A program made the translations under genes and the position numbers. 64,000 nucleotides of DNA from Lysobacterales bacterium (GTDB lineage Bacteria; Pseudomonadota; Gammaproteobacteria; Xanthomonadales; SZUA-5): NCBI GenBank assembly GCA_022844165.1, contig JALHMH010000008.1:32001-96000 (forward strand), written 5' to 3'. Positions 1 to 9,804 of the stretch are shown in pieces. The notes under the pieces are model-generated. The model did not search any database and was not told where the DNA came from. It was given only the letters and a program-made list of their open reading frames with translations. Position 1 is the first letter of the stretch; every line of letters starts with the position of its first letter.

Positions 1-2823
1 CCTGGCGTTTATGGCACGCCGCTCGCTGGTCGCTGGACTTTCTCATTCAATGATGTGCTGACCTTCCAGCCTAATGCGTTGTTGGCGGTCAATGCCACCT
101 ACGAGGTGCGGTTGTCGGGCATCACGGACGCTGCCGGCAATGCGATGCTGCCCTACGCGTTTACCTTTTCCACGGGCGGTTCGGTCGGCGGCAATCGGCC
201 GCCCACGGTCACCGGTTTCACGGCGTTGCCATATCCGGCCGCGCCGGGCCAGAACGTCGATTTCGTCGCCACCGGCAGCGATCCTGACGGCGATCTGTTG
301 GAGTATCGATTCGACTTCGGCGACGGTACGCCTCGCACCGCCTGGGGCGCCGCAGCCGCTCAACGCGCTTATGCCAACCCCGGACACTATCGGGCCAGCG
401 TGCAGGTTCGCGACCCGTCTGGCGTGATCGCCACGCGCACTCGCGTGGTGACGGTACTCTCCGCGTTACCGGTCACTCGGCCCACAGCCAGTTCACCCAT
501 CGCGTGCGATGGCACCGGGCGTCGCGTGTGGACAATCAATCCCGATAGCGACACGATCAGCGTGCTCGACGCCGATTCACTGGCGAAGGTCGGCGAGTAC
601 CCGACGTGCAACGGTCCACGATCGTTGGCGCGCACTGGCAATGAGGTCTGGGTTGCGTGTCACGACGACGACATCGTGCGCATTCATAATGCCGGCACCG
701 GCGCAACGCTGGCCAGCATCGATACTGGGTACGGCTCTGCGCCCGTCGGTGTCGCGGTCGCGCCGGATGGTGTGAGCGCATTCGTGAGCCTGACGAACCG
801 CGGCGAATTGCGGCGCTTTAGCATCTCAACGCGACTACAAACCGGCGTTCTGGCGCTGGGGCGCACACCACGCGGGGTCGCGGTATCTGCCGACGGAACA
901 CGCGTACTTGTGTCGCGTTTCTTGTCGCCGCTGCACCATGGCGAGATTTGGGACATCAACGCGTCGACGATGCAGTTGACACGCACGATCCGCATTCCCA
1001 AATTTGGTGGCGACGCCAATCGGGACACCACTGCAAGCGGTCGCGGTGTCGCCAACTATTTGGCGAACGTGGCAATTTCTCCGCGCAGTGGTCGCGCATT
1101 CGTGCCGGCGAACAAACCCAACAATGAGCGCGGCTTGTTGATTCATCCGAGCCAGGATCTGGATCAGGACAACAGCGTCAGAAATCTGCTGATCGAGATC
1201 GATCCCGCAGGTGCCACGCCGCAAGATCGTTTCCGCCGTGGTATCGACATCGACAACAGTGATTCGGCCAGCAGCGTCGCGTTTTCGCCGCTAGGCGATT
1301 ACCTGCTGGTGACATTGCAGGGAATGAATGAACTGCTCGTGCTCGACGCCCTCGCGCTCGACGCCAATGCCGGACTCGGTGCGCTGGTCACGCGCATCGC
1401 TGTTGGCGCCGCGCCGCAGGGCGTCTGCAGCGACGCAGCGACGGGACGCACCTTCGTACACAACTTTATGGGGCGCAGCGTCAGTGCGCTGGAGACGGCT
1501 GCGCTTTACAGCAGCGGCGATATCCAGGTTGCCTCGACGAATATCGCGATGGTGGCCAACGAAACGTTGGCGCCGAATGTGTTGCAAGGCAAGCGCCTTT
1601 TTTATCACGCGGGCGATCCGCGGATGAGCGCCGAGGGCTATATCTCTTGTGCAACGTGTCATATCGATGGGAGCGAGGACGGTCGCGTATGGGATTTCAC
1701 CGGTCGCGGCGAAGGCCTGCGCAATACGACCACACTGAACGGCCGCGGCGGCACGGCGCATGGACGCGTGCATTGGAGCGCTAATTTCGATGAGATTCAG
1801 GACTTCGAGAACGACATCCGCGGGCCCTTCGGTGGCGCGGGTTTCTTGACAACGCAGCAATTCGCAGCAACCAGCAATCCGCTCGGTGCATCCAAAGCGG
1901 GCTTGAGCGCGGATCTCGACGCGTTGGCTGCCTATGTGGCATCGCTCGATCAAAGCCACATTCCGCGCAGTCCGTTCCGCCAAGCCAGCGGTGCCAACAC
2001 CGCCGGCGCCGTGCAAGGCGAGGCCATTTTTGCGCGGGAGAATTGCGCCAGTTGCCATGCGCCGCCGCGATATACCAATAGTTTATTGGCATCGTCCAGC
2101 TTAAGCGATGTTGGCACGCTGCGTGCCAGTTCCGGTAGTCGCCTTGGCGGAGCGCTCACCGGCATCGACGTGCCGACCCTGCGCGGTGTATTTGCCAGCG
2201 CGCCCTATTTGCACGATGGCAGCGCCGCGACGTTGGACGATGTTTTTCGCTTCAGCGGAGGTGTGACTTTGCCGGCCGAAAATGCGCTGCGCACCGGCGG
2301 CGCTGCGTTGATCAACAATTTTGTCGACCTCAATAACGACGATACGGTGCGGGGCCGTGCGTATGTGCAGCTTGAAAGCAGCGGCCAGCGGCTGACCTTC
2401 AACAATGTCGATGGCGGTGCTGGTGGGGCAGGAGCATTGGAGTTGCGCTACAGCAATTCGCGCAGCGGCGGGCAGACGCAGGCGCTGACGGTTCGGGTCA
2501 ACGGCGTGGCGCTGCCATCGGTCAATCTTCCCGCGACGGATAACGATCCGACGTGGCGAACGACCAACTGGAACAGCCTTCGCGTTGAGAACGTGGTGCT
2601 TAACGTCGGTACAAGCAACAGCATTGAGATCGAAACCAACGGTTGGTATCTGGCGGTCGACGAAGTGCTGATCGCAAACGCCAATCGGCTGCTCCTGGCG
2701 CAAGCACACCGTCGCGTGCTCGGTCTGCCCACGGGCGAACGCGACGCTCTCATGGCGTTCCTTCGCGAACTGGACAGCACGCCGGGCGTCGTCGACGGCG
2801 TGTTCCAAAATGGCTTCGAGTGA
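1..2823 (+). CDS. 5'-truncated large multidomain protein: Ig-like domain, PKD domain, YVTN-type beta-propeller, di-haem cytochrome c (peroxidase-like) with an inserted CBM6/CBM35-like module, C-terminal DGVFQNGFE motif
   Basis: Frame is open from base 1 (PGVYGTPLAGRWTFS...). PKD signature YRFDFGDG..YANPGHY, repeated P.GVAVS.DG propeller blades, two CxxCH motifs (CATCH 1648-1662, CASCH 2044-2058), PTLRGV..SAPYLHDGS motif, and AE..GRAYV..LRYSN..VNG..VDEV carbohydrate-binding-module pattern. Confidence 0.8.
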   Translation, partial: PGVYGTPLAGRWTFSFNDVLTFQPNALLAVNATYEVRLSGITDAAGNAMLPYAFTFSTGGSVGGNRPPTVTGFTALPYPAAPGQNVDFVATGSDPDGDLLEYRFDFGDGTPRTAWGAAAAQRAYANPGHYRASVQVRDPSGVIATRTRVVTVLSALPVTRPTASSPIACDGTGRRVWTINPDSDTISVLDADSLAKVGEYPTCNGPRSLARTGNEVWVACHDDDIVRIHNAGTGATLASIDTGYGSAPVGVAVAPDGVSAFVSLTNRGELRRFSISTRLQTGVLALGRTPRGVAVSADGTRVLVSRFLSPLHHGEIWDINASTMQLTRTIRIPKFGGDANRDTTASGRGVANYLANVAISPRSGRAFVPANKPNNERGLLIHPSQDLDQDNSVRNLLIEIDPAGATPQDRFRRGIDIDNSDSASSVAFSPLGDYLLVTLQGMNELLVLDALALDANAGLGALVTRIAVGAAPQGVCSDAATGRTFVHNFMGRSVSALETAALYSSGDIQVASTNIAMVANETLAPNVLQGKRLFYHAGDPRMSAEGYISCATCHIDGSEDGRVWDFTGRGEGLRNTTTLNGRGGTAHGRVHWSANFDEIQDFENDIRGPFGGAGFLTTQQFAATSNPLGASKAGLSADLDALAAYVASLDQSHIPRSPFRQASGANTAGAVQGEAIFARENCASCHAPPRYTNSLLASSSLSDVGTLRASSGSRLGGALTGIDVPTLRGVFASAPYLHDGSAATLDDVFRFSGGVTLPAENALRTGGAALINNFVDLNNDDTVRGRAYVQLESSGQRLTFNNVDGGAGGAGALELRYSNSRSGGQTQALTVRVNGVALPSVNLPATDNDPTWRTTNWNSLRVENVVLNVGTSNSIEIETNGWYLAVDEVLIANANRLLLAQAHRRVLGLPTGERDALMAFLRELDSTPGVVDGVFQNGFE

Positions 2824-2969
2824 CGCCGTCTGGCGCATAGCGCAAGGCAACGCCATCGTGGTTCAGTTTCTCCTGGTCGGACGTTCGAGAATCTGGCCGC
2901 CGACACTTTTCCTTTAGTTCGCGTCCTGTCGAACATACGTCTCATTGGCGTAGGTTCCGAGAGCAACCA

Positions 2970-3000
2970 AATTGCCGCGCACTGCTGCAACGCAGCAATT
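2970..3000. promoter_or_regulatory. nested inverted repeat (TGCTGC-AAC-GCAGCA core; PhaR-like CTGC-N3-GCAG) upstream of the lipase operon
   Basis: Perfect 6-bp arms at 2983-2988 and 2992-2997. Outer arms AATTGCCGCG (2970-2979) and CGCAGCAATT (2991-3000) pair with one mismatch. TTGACA lies at 3040-3045. Confidence 0.35.
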
Positions 3001-3104
3001 TTGCGTTACGCTCTTTCGTTAGTTTTGTGTTGCGTTCGGTTGACAGCACTACTAGCATCAATCCGATCTTGCCTTATCCCGAACCCCCAACAAGGAACCC
3101 GCGC

Positions 3105-5306
3105 ATGCACCTTCAGCGGCTTGTCCCATTGGCGATTGCTGGTCTTCTGCTTGGCGCTTGTAGCGGCAGCAGCAATAGCCCGCGCGCCACCCCCGTCCAG
3201 GGCGCCACGAATAGCAACGGCCAGTTCGTCAGCGGTATCCATACGGCCCGTTTTGATCCATCGACCGGCGTCATCCCGTTTCCGAACAATCTTTTGCTTC
3301 AAGGTTCGCGGGATCTCACGATCAATGCGCCGGCAGCGAATCCGAACAACTTTGGCGACCCAACCGTCGCTCTGAACGCACTCGACGGATTTTCGACCAC
3401 CTCGCCGTGGTCGATGACCTTTACCGCCGCGATAGCGCCGACGACGCTGACGCCCGGTAACACGGTGCGCCTCTTTGAGGTTGCGGTGGTGACATCCGGT
3501 CCTGGCGCTGGCGCAGTGCAGCGAGTGGTGCGTGAGTTGGCATCGCCTGCCGAGTATGTGGTTGCGATTTCGACCACTGATGCCACCAATCGAACGATGG
3601 CGATCGTTCCGACGCGGCCACTGGAAGAATTAAAGTCGTATATGGCCGTCGTCACCAACGGCGTCACCGACACCGCCGGTAACAATGCGACGCCCGATTC
3701 AGCTTACTTCCTGGCGAAGAGAACTTCCCCATTGTCGCAGGGAACCGGCACGGCATGCGTGTCGCTCGATCCGCTGTTGCCGGCATCCACCGCATGTGGG
3801 TTAGAGCCGCTCCGTCAGCTGACCAACTCATTCGAAGCAGCAGCTGCTGCGGCTGGCGTCAATCGCGCCAATATCGTGTTGTCCTGGGTTGCCAATACGC
3901 AGGGTGTGACACCCACACTGCGCCTCGTCCGCAGCAACGCGCGCCCGGCAACAACCCGGTTCGCCCGCACCGGGCTGACGACCGCAGCGGCCGGCCTGCC
4001 GCCGATCGCTGACATTTTCATCGGCACGATCGGGTTGCCCTACTACCTGACAGCGCCCGGTACGGGAACCCCTGCTGCGCCAGCGTCTGCGGTGCTGACG
4101 GGTTTTTGGCGCGCGGCGCCGGGCGCTTATGTGCCGCCGTTTAACGCCTTGGGACTGGACTCGACATCCACCAACCTGACGGTGGCTAACCCGATTCCGG
4201 TGGCGACCTCAACACAGACCGCGCCCGTCCTGGTGACCATCCCAAATGCCGCCAGCGGCCAGACGCGGCCAGCTGCGGGATGGCCAGTGGTTATCTTTCA
4301 GCACGGTATCACGCGTAACCGATGCGACATGTTGGCGATCTCAGCAACCTTCGCTCAAGCCGGTTGGGCTGTCGTCGCCATCGATCAGCCGCTCCACGGT
4401 GCTTCGCCGACCGCAACCACAGACCAGTGCCAACCGTTCTACATCGGCCGAACACCATTTGCCCAAGCCGGCGCTCGCGAGCGCACGTTCGACGTCGATT
4501 TAATCAACAATGCGACGGGTGCGCCGGGTCCCGATGGGCAAGTCGATCCCACTGGAGCGCATTCGATCAACCTGTCCAGCCTTCTCACCTCGCGTGACAA
4601 CGTACGCCAGGCGGCGGCGGATCTGGGCGTACTGGCCGTCAGCATTCCGACGATGGATGTGGATGGCAACACCGCAGCGGATTTCGACGGCTCACGGATC
4701 GCTTTCGTCGGGCAATCGTTGGGTTCGATTGTTGGCACAACATTTCTCGCATTGGAGCCCACGGTGAACGTGGCCGTTCTAAGCGTGCCAGGTGGTGGTA
4801 TCGCCAATCTCCTCAATGGATCGCCCACATTCGGCCCGCGAATTCGCGCTGGCATTTCGGCGGCCTCAGGTATTCCGACAAACGATCCGCGCTTTCCAGG
4901 AACATTGGGCCAGTTCCTGCTGATTACGCAGACGGTCATCGACTCGGGCGATCCGATCAATTACGCGCGACTTGCTTCGACCAAGCGCATCTTGCTTCAA
5001 GAGGTCGTTGGCGGTGGAACAGTGTTGCCGGATCAGGTGGTGCCAAATACGGTCGCTGGTGCGCCGCTGTCGGGTACGGAACCCCTGATTGCCGCGTTGG
5101 GCCTGAGCACCATCACCCAGAACACCACGAACGCGAACGGCATTCGTGGCGTGACGCGCTTCATCGTTGGCGATCATGGCTCACTGTTGTCGCCGACGGC
5201 ATCGCTCGCGGCCACCGTCGAGATGCAAGGTCAGATGGCGTCGATGGTTGCATCGGGCGGAGCCCAAGTGAACGTCGCGAATCGCGCCGTGATTCGTACG
5301 CAGTAA
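3105..5306 (+). CDS. Pla-1/cef (VolA-like) family lipoprotein lipase/phospholipase
   Basis: ATG 3105 after AAGGAA; lipobox LLGA-C; N-terminal PFPNNL..ALNALDGFST Ig-like region; oxyanion QHGIT; nucleophile elbow GQSLG; PDQVVPN (Asp) and GDHGSLL (His). Confidence 0.85.
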   Translation: MHLQRLVPLAIAGLLLGACSGSSNSPRATPVQGATNSNGQFVSGIHTARFDPSTGVIPFPNNLLLQGSRDLTINAPAANPNNFGDPTVALNALDGFSTTSPWSMTFTAAIAPTTLTPGNTVRLFEVAVVTSGPGAGAVQRVVRELASPAEYVVAISTTDATNRTMAIVPTRPLEELKSYMAVVTNGVTDTAGNNATPDSAYFLAKRTSPLSQGTGTACVSLDPLLPASTACGLEPLRQLTNSFEAAAAAAGVNRANIVLSWVANTQGVTPTLRLVRSNARPATTRFARTGLTTAAAGLPPIADIFIGTIGLPYYLTAPGTGTPAAPASAVLTGFWRAAPGAYVPPFNALGLDSTSTNLTVANPIPVATSTQTAPVLVTIPNAASGQTRPAAGWPVVIFQHGITRNRCDMLAISATFAQAGWAVVAIDQPLHGASPTATTDQCQPFYIGRTPFAQAGARERTFDVDLINNATGAPGPDGQVDPTGAHSINLSSLLTSRDNVRQAAADLGVLAVSIPTMDVDGNTAADFDGSRIAFVGQSLGSIVGTTFLALEPTVNVAVLSVPGGGIANLLNGSPTFGPRIRAGISAASGIPTNDPRFPGTLGQFLLITQTVIDSGDPINYARLASTKRILLQEVVGGGTVLPDQVVPNTVAGAPLSGTEPLIAALGLSTITQNTTNANGIRGVTRFIVGDHGSLLSPTASLAATVEMQGQMASMVASGGAQVNVANRAVIRTQ

Positions 5307-5338
5307 TCGAGAAGCGATCGGACACCATGGAGAAAACG

Positions 5339-7237
5339 ATGAAAAACACCATACCCGTGCGCTCGCGTCTTGCGCTCGCTGTGCTTGGCGCGTTGGTCGC
5401 CTCGCCTACCTTCGCGTGGGAGTACAGCAACGGCGACTTTGCGTTAACCACGTCTAACACCTTCAGCTATGGCGTGCAGTCGCGTGTCGAAGATCCGGAC
5501 AATGCCTTGATCGGGAAGGCCAACTTGTTTGTGCCCACGCCGCCTTCGGCGGCGTTGCCAACGGGCATTCCATTTCCTGCCGCCTTGCCGAACGCGCAGC
5601 AACGCCTGTTGCCCGGTCGTTTTTCGGTCAATAGCGATGATGGCAACCGCAAATGGGACAACGGCGATGTGTTCAGTAACGCCGTCAAGTGGAACGGTGA
5701 GCTCAGCTGGACGTATGGAGAAAACTGGGGCGGATTTGCCCGTGCCCTGGCCTTCTACGATTACGAAAATCAGCGCCGCGACGATATCAGCGATCTGGCC
5801 AAAGAAGCAGTAGGCAAGGACGCGCAGCTGCTCGACTTCTTCGTTTACAACAATTTTGCCTGGGGCCAGACCAATGGTTCGGTCCGTCTTGGACGGCAAG
5901 TGATCAGTTGGGGCGAGAGCACGTTCATCCAGCAGGGCATCAACGTCATCAATCCGATCGATGTTTCGAAACTGCGCGTTGCAGGTTCGGAATTGAAAGA
6001 GGCGTTCCTGCCGATCGATCAGATTTGGGCAAGCTTGAGCTTCAACGAGAACTTCTCGATCGAAGCCTTGTATATGTTCGAGTTTGAACAAACTGAGCCG
6101 GAGCCATCTGGAACATACTTCAGTTCGAACGACTTCGCGGCGCTGGGTGGCGAATACGTCATGTTGAACTTCGGTCTGGTGCCGGAGCCGATCAACTTTG
6201 GATTTTGCCCGGCGATCGGCGCCGGCCAAAACCCGGGTGGCTTCGATCCGTTCACGTTGGCGATTCAGCGATCCGCATGCGCTGCTGCAGTGCCACGTGC
6301 GCCGGATCGTTTTGCATCCGAGAGCGGTCAATACGGGCTGGCCGCACGTTACTTCGCGCCAGAAATCAACAACACCGAATTTGGCTTCTACTATCTCAAC
6401 TACCACAGCCGGTTGCCGCTGCTGTCGGGTATCTCGGTGACGAACTCCAATGCAAACTCCGCAAGATACTTCGCGGAGTATCCGGAGGACATCGAACTTT
6501 ATGGCTTTAGCTTCAATACCACATTGGAAGGATCTGGCATCGCGTGGCAAGGCGAGCTGAGCTTCCGACCCAACGCGCCGCTGCAGATAGACGATGTGGA
6601 ACTGCTGTTCACGGCGTTGAGTCCGCTCAACGCGGTCATTCCGCAGCCCGTAAATCGCTTTGTCAGCCAACTGGGATCGGTAGGACCGGGCCAGTACGTC
6701 AGAGGTTGGGAGCGCCACGAAATCAGCCAGTTCCAGACGACGCTGACAAAAGTCTTCGGGCCGGAGAACCCGGTAGGCGCCGATCAGATTTCGGCCGTGC
6801 TTGAGGTCGGCGCAACCAAGGTTTGGGACTTGCCGGATCCTTCGGTGCTCCGCTATCAAGGTGACGGTACTGACACCGGCGGCGGCCCGGACTTCCTGAC
6901 GGGTGCGTTCCGCAACCCGCAGACCTTGAACAACGGCTTTCCGACCTCGTTTTCGTGGGGCTACCGATTGGCAGGCCGCGCCGATTACAGTAACGCCTTC
7001 GGGTCGCCATTTACGCTGTCCCCGCGTATCGCATTTAACCATGACGTCAACGGTATCACCCCAGGCCCCGGCGGCAACTTCCTGGAAGATCGCCGTTCGC
7101 TGACTTTGGGTGTGGAAGCCAACTACCTGAATGAGTGGAGCGTCGATTTGAGCTACACGCGATTCTCAGGCGCGGGCATCTTTAATTTGCTCAACGATCG
7201 CGACTTTGTGGCCTTCACGGCGCGCTACGCGTTCTGA
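5339..7237 (+). CDS. DUF1302 family outer-membrane beta-barrel protein
   Basis: Signal peptide; SVNSDDGN, RLGRQVISWGESTFI, NPIDVSKLR..GSELKE and NYHSRLP motifs; C-terminal DRDFVAFTARYAF ends in a beta-signal Phe; GGAG RBS before ATG 5339. Confidence 0.9.
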   Translation: MKNTIPVRSRLALAVLGALVASPTFAWEYSNGDFALTTSNTFSYGVQSRVEDPDNALIGKANLFVPTPPSAALPTGIPFPAALPNAQQRLLPGRFSVNSDDGNRKWDNGDVFSNAVKWNGELSWTYGENWGGFARALAFYDYENQRRDDISDLAKEAVGKDAQLLDFFVYNNFAWGQTNGSVRLGRQVISWGESTFIQQGINVINPIDVSKLRVAGSELKEAFLPIDQIWASLSFNENFSIEALYMFEFEQTEPEPSGTYFSSNDFAALGGEYVMLNFGLVPEPINFGFCPAIGAGQNPGGFDPFTLAIQRSACAAAVPRAPDRFASESGQYGLAARYFAPEINNTEFGFYYLNYHSRLPLLSGISVTNSNANSARYFAEYPEDIELYGFSFNTTLEGSGIAWQGELSFRPNAPLQIDDVELLFTALSPLNAVIPQPVNRFVSQLGSVGPGQYVRGWERHEISQFQTTLTKVFGPENPVGADQISAVLEVGATKVWDLPDPSVLRYQGDGTDTGGGPDFLTGAFRNPQTLNNGFPTSFSWGYRLAGRADYSNAFGSPFTLSPRIAFNHDVNGITPGPGGNFLEDRRSLTLGVEANYLNEWSVDLSYTRFSGAGIFNLLNDRDFVAFTARYAF

Positions 7238-7263
7238 CATGGATTGAGGCAGAGGAGAGTAAG

Positions 7264-8619
7264 ATGAGGATGAGAACCAAACTGCTCGGCGCTCTGCTGA
7301 GCCTCGGACTGGCCAGCGGCGCCCATGCCGCAGTGCCAGCAGCGCAGGCTGACCGGCTGGGCAAAGATCTGACGCCGGTCGGCGGCGAGAAAGGCGCCAA
7401 CAAAGACAACACTATTCCAGCCTGGGATGGTGGCATCACCCGGCCACCCGCCAACTTCAAGCTTGGCGATTTTCACCCGGATCCGTTTCCCGGTGACAAA
7501 CCGCAATTGCAGTTGACGCAGGCCAACTACAAGGACCATGCAGCCAAGTTGTCCGTCGGCCAACAGGCGATGTTTGCGAAGTATCCGACGTTCCGGATGG
7601 ATATCTATCCTACCCGGCGTTCGGCTTCGTTTCCGCAACGCATCTACGACATGACCAAGCGCAATGCCACGACTGCCAAGATGATTGGCGAAGGTGCGGG
7701 CGTGGAAAATGCAGCCGAAGGCTTCCCGTTCCCGATTCCCTCCGACGGCTACCAGGTCATTTGGAACCATAAGCTCAAGTACAAGGGCGTCTCGGTTCGA
7801 CGCTGGGCAAATCAAGCGGCGCCAACGGCAACCGGTGCATTCACGCCCATTCGCATTCGCGAAGAGCTGCTTGGATTGTATTGGAAGGAAGGCAATACCA
7901 TCGCCGACATCAATAACGTTCTGACCTACTTCTATCAAGAAGTGCTGGCGCCCGCCCGCCTGGCAGGTAACGTTTTGTTGGTGCATGAGACATTGAACCA
8001 GGAAGCGCAGCAACGTCAGGCGTGGGTGTACAACCCGGGTCAGCGCCGCGTGCGCAAAGCGCCGAATGTGGCTTACGATAATCCAGGCACTGCATCGGAT
8101 GCGCTTCGAACGAACGATATGACCGATATGTTCAATGGCGCGTTAGATCGCTTCGAGTGGAAGCTGGTGGGCAAGCGCGAGATGCTGATTCCGTACAATA
8201 CGTACAAGGCTCACGCCAAAGGGCTGGACTACAAGACGCTGATCCGTCCTGGGCATCTGAATCCAGATGTCATGCGCTATGAACTGCATCGCGTCTGGGT
8301 GGTTGAAGCCACGCTCCGCAGTGGTTTCCGCCACATCAACAGTCGCCGCACTTTCTTCCTTGACGAAGACAGCTGGCAGATCGCCATGATCGACCACTAT
8401 GACAGTCAGGGTCAGCTTTGGCGCTACAGCGAAGCGGCGATCGTCAATTACTACGAACAGCCGGTGCTTTGGACCACACTCGAAACGCACCACGATCTGA
8501 AATCAGGACGTTACATCGTGTCCGGTATCGACAACCAAGAAGAATCCTACAACTTCTCGTTTGTGACGTCGCCGGAGAATTATTCCCCGCAGGCGCTGAG
8601 AAGCCGCGGCGTCCGTTGA
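7264..8619 (+). CDS. DUF1329 family periplasmic protein (predicted LolA-like carrier)
   Basis: Signal peptide; LTPVGGEKGAN..IPAWDGG, RQAWVYNPGQRRVRKAP, RYELHRVWVVEAT and FLDEDSWQ motifs. Confidence 0.92.
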   Translation: MRMRTKLLGALLSLGLASGAHAAVPAAQADRLGKDLTPVGGEKGANKDNTIPAWDGGITRPPANFKLGDFHPDPFPGDKPQLQLTQANYKDHAAKLSVGQQAMFAKYPTFRMDIYPTRRSASFPQRIYDMTKRNATTAKMIGEGAGVENAAEGFPFPIPSDGYQVIWNHKLKYKGVSVRRWANQAAPTATGAFTPIRIREELLGLYWKEGNTIADINNVLTYFYQEVLAPARLAGNVLLVHETLNQEAQQRQAWVYNPGQRRVRKAPNVAYDNPGTASDALRTNDMTDMFNGALDRFEWKLVGKREMLIPYNTYKAHAKGLDYKTLIRPGHLNPDVMRYELHRVWVVEATLRSGFRHINSRRTFFLDEDSWQIAMIDHYDSQGQLWRYSEAAIVNYYEQPVLWTTLETHHDLKSGRYIVSGIDNQEESYNFSFVTSPENYSPQALRSRGVR

Positions 8620-8638
8620 GCGTTCGAAAGTGGTATCA

Positions 8639-8673
8639 GAACGCCGGCCCGGTGGTGAACTTGGCCGGCGTTC
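8639..8673 (+). terminator. intra-operon stem-loop (partial terminator or mRNA stabiliser)
   Basis: Perfect 11-bp stem GAACGCCGGCC / GGCCGGCGTTC with a 13-nt loop; only a weak U tail (GCATTTG). Confidence 0.55.
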
Positions 8674-8712
8674 GCATTTGTGGGTTGGGTTCAATTCTGG
8701 CTGGGGAACGGC

Positions 8713-9789
8713 ATGAGAATTTCGAAACGCGCGCTCGGGTTGCTGGGATTTGTTTGGCTCGGTGGGCTGTCGGCGCAAGATAAGACTTCGCCGCCGGCGT
8801 CGGTTTGGGCCGATCCGGCCACGGCGCCAGCGGAGACGCTCGATCTGGCGCGTATCCAGCGATCATTATTGGTCGATGTGGCGGAAGCACGGGATCGCGC
8901 CGTCATTGTCGGTGACCGAGGGCATATCCTGGTGTCCGAATCACGCAGCGAATGGCGTCAGGTCCCTGTGCCGACACGCGTGCTGCTCACAGCGGTGACG
9001 GCAGTCGACAATCGGCTTTGGGCCGTGGGTCACGATCAGGTGATTGTCTACAGTAGCGATGGTGGCTTAACGTGGACCTTGCAGAATTCGGATATCGCGG
9101 CTGAAGGTCCACTTTTAGATGTGGTGTTTCTCGATGGCGAACGTGGCTTTGCGATTGGCGCCTACGGCCAGTTCCTGAGTACTTCGAACTCTGGCGCCAG
9201 TTGGGAAGTGCAAACGATCAGCGATCGTGTTGCCGGCGTCGATCCTTCCTCCGTGCCGGTTGACGAGCCCGACGACGAGGCATTAGATGATGGGTCGATG
9301 CTTGCCAGCACCGACGTTGGTGAAGACGAAGGTGACCCACACTTAAATGCCATCGCCCGCACCAACGCCGGTTTACTGATCGTTGGCGAAGCCGGCTCCG
9401 TGTACCGGTCAATCGATGATGGCGCGACTTGGGAGCGCTCGGATCTCCCCTATGACGGTTCGATGTTCACCCTGGTTCCACTCGACAACGGTCGAATTGT
9501 CGCCGCTGGGCTTCGTGGCAACGTTTTTGTGACCGGTGATCTAGGTCGAAGCTGGCTATCGATAAGCTCGGGTACGGAAGCCAGCATATTCGGCGGTGCG
9601 GCTGTCGGAGGTAGTCGCGCACTGCTGGTAGGTGCGAGCGGCACCCTCCTCTTGGCGTCTGCAGATACGCTTGAACTAAGGCTTTCGACGTTCGCCGATG
9701 GCGGCATCATGAGTGCGGCGCTACCGATCAGCGAATCGGAGTTCGTGCTTGTTGGAGAGAACGGCGTGGCCACGCATTCCATTCATTAA
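8713..9789 (+). CDS. YCF48-related / BNR-repeat beta-propeller periplasmic protein
   Basis: Signal peptide; repeated VG..G.I..S.DGG.TW Asp-box blades; WAVGHDQVI; canonical position between DUF1329 and RND genes. Confidence 0.88.
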   Translation: MRISKRALGLLGFVWLGGLSAQDKTSPPASVWADPATAPAETLDLARIQRSLLVDVAEARDRAVIVGDRGHILVSESRSEWRQVPVPTRVLLTAVTAVDNRLWAVGHDQVIVYSSDGGLTWTLQNSDIAAEGPLLDVVFLDGERGFAIGAYGQFLSTSNSGASWEVQTISDRVAGVDPSSVPVDEPDDEALDDGSMLASTDVGEDEGDPHLNAIARTNAGLLIVGEAGSVYRSIDDGATWERSDLPYDGSMFTLVPLDNGRIVAAGLRGNVFVTGDLGRSWLSISSGTEASIFGGAAVGGSRALLVGASGTLLLASADTLELRLSTFADGGIMSAALPISESEFVLVGENGVATHSIH

Positions 9790-9804
9790 ACGGGAGAGCA
9801 CGTC

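Noticed and set aside
5444-7042. 532-aa minus-strand ORF
   Set aside because: Antisense shadow of the DUF1302 gene with no recognisable motifs; such ORFs are common in GC-rich DNA.
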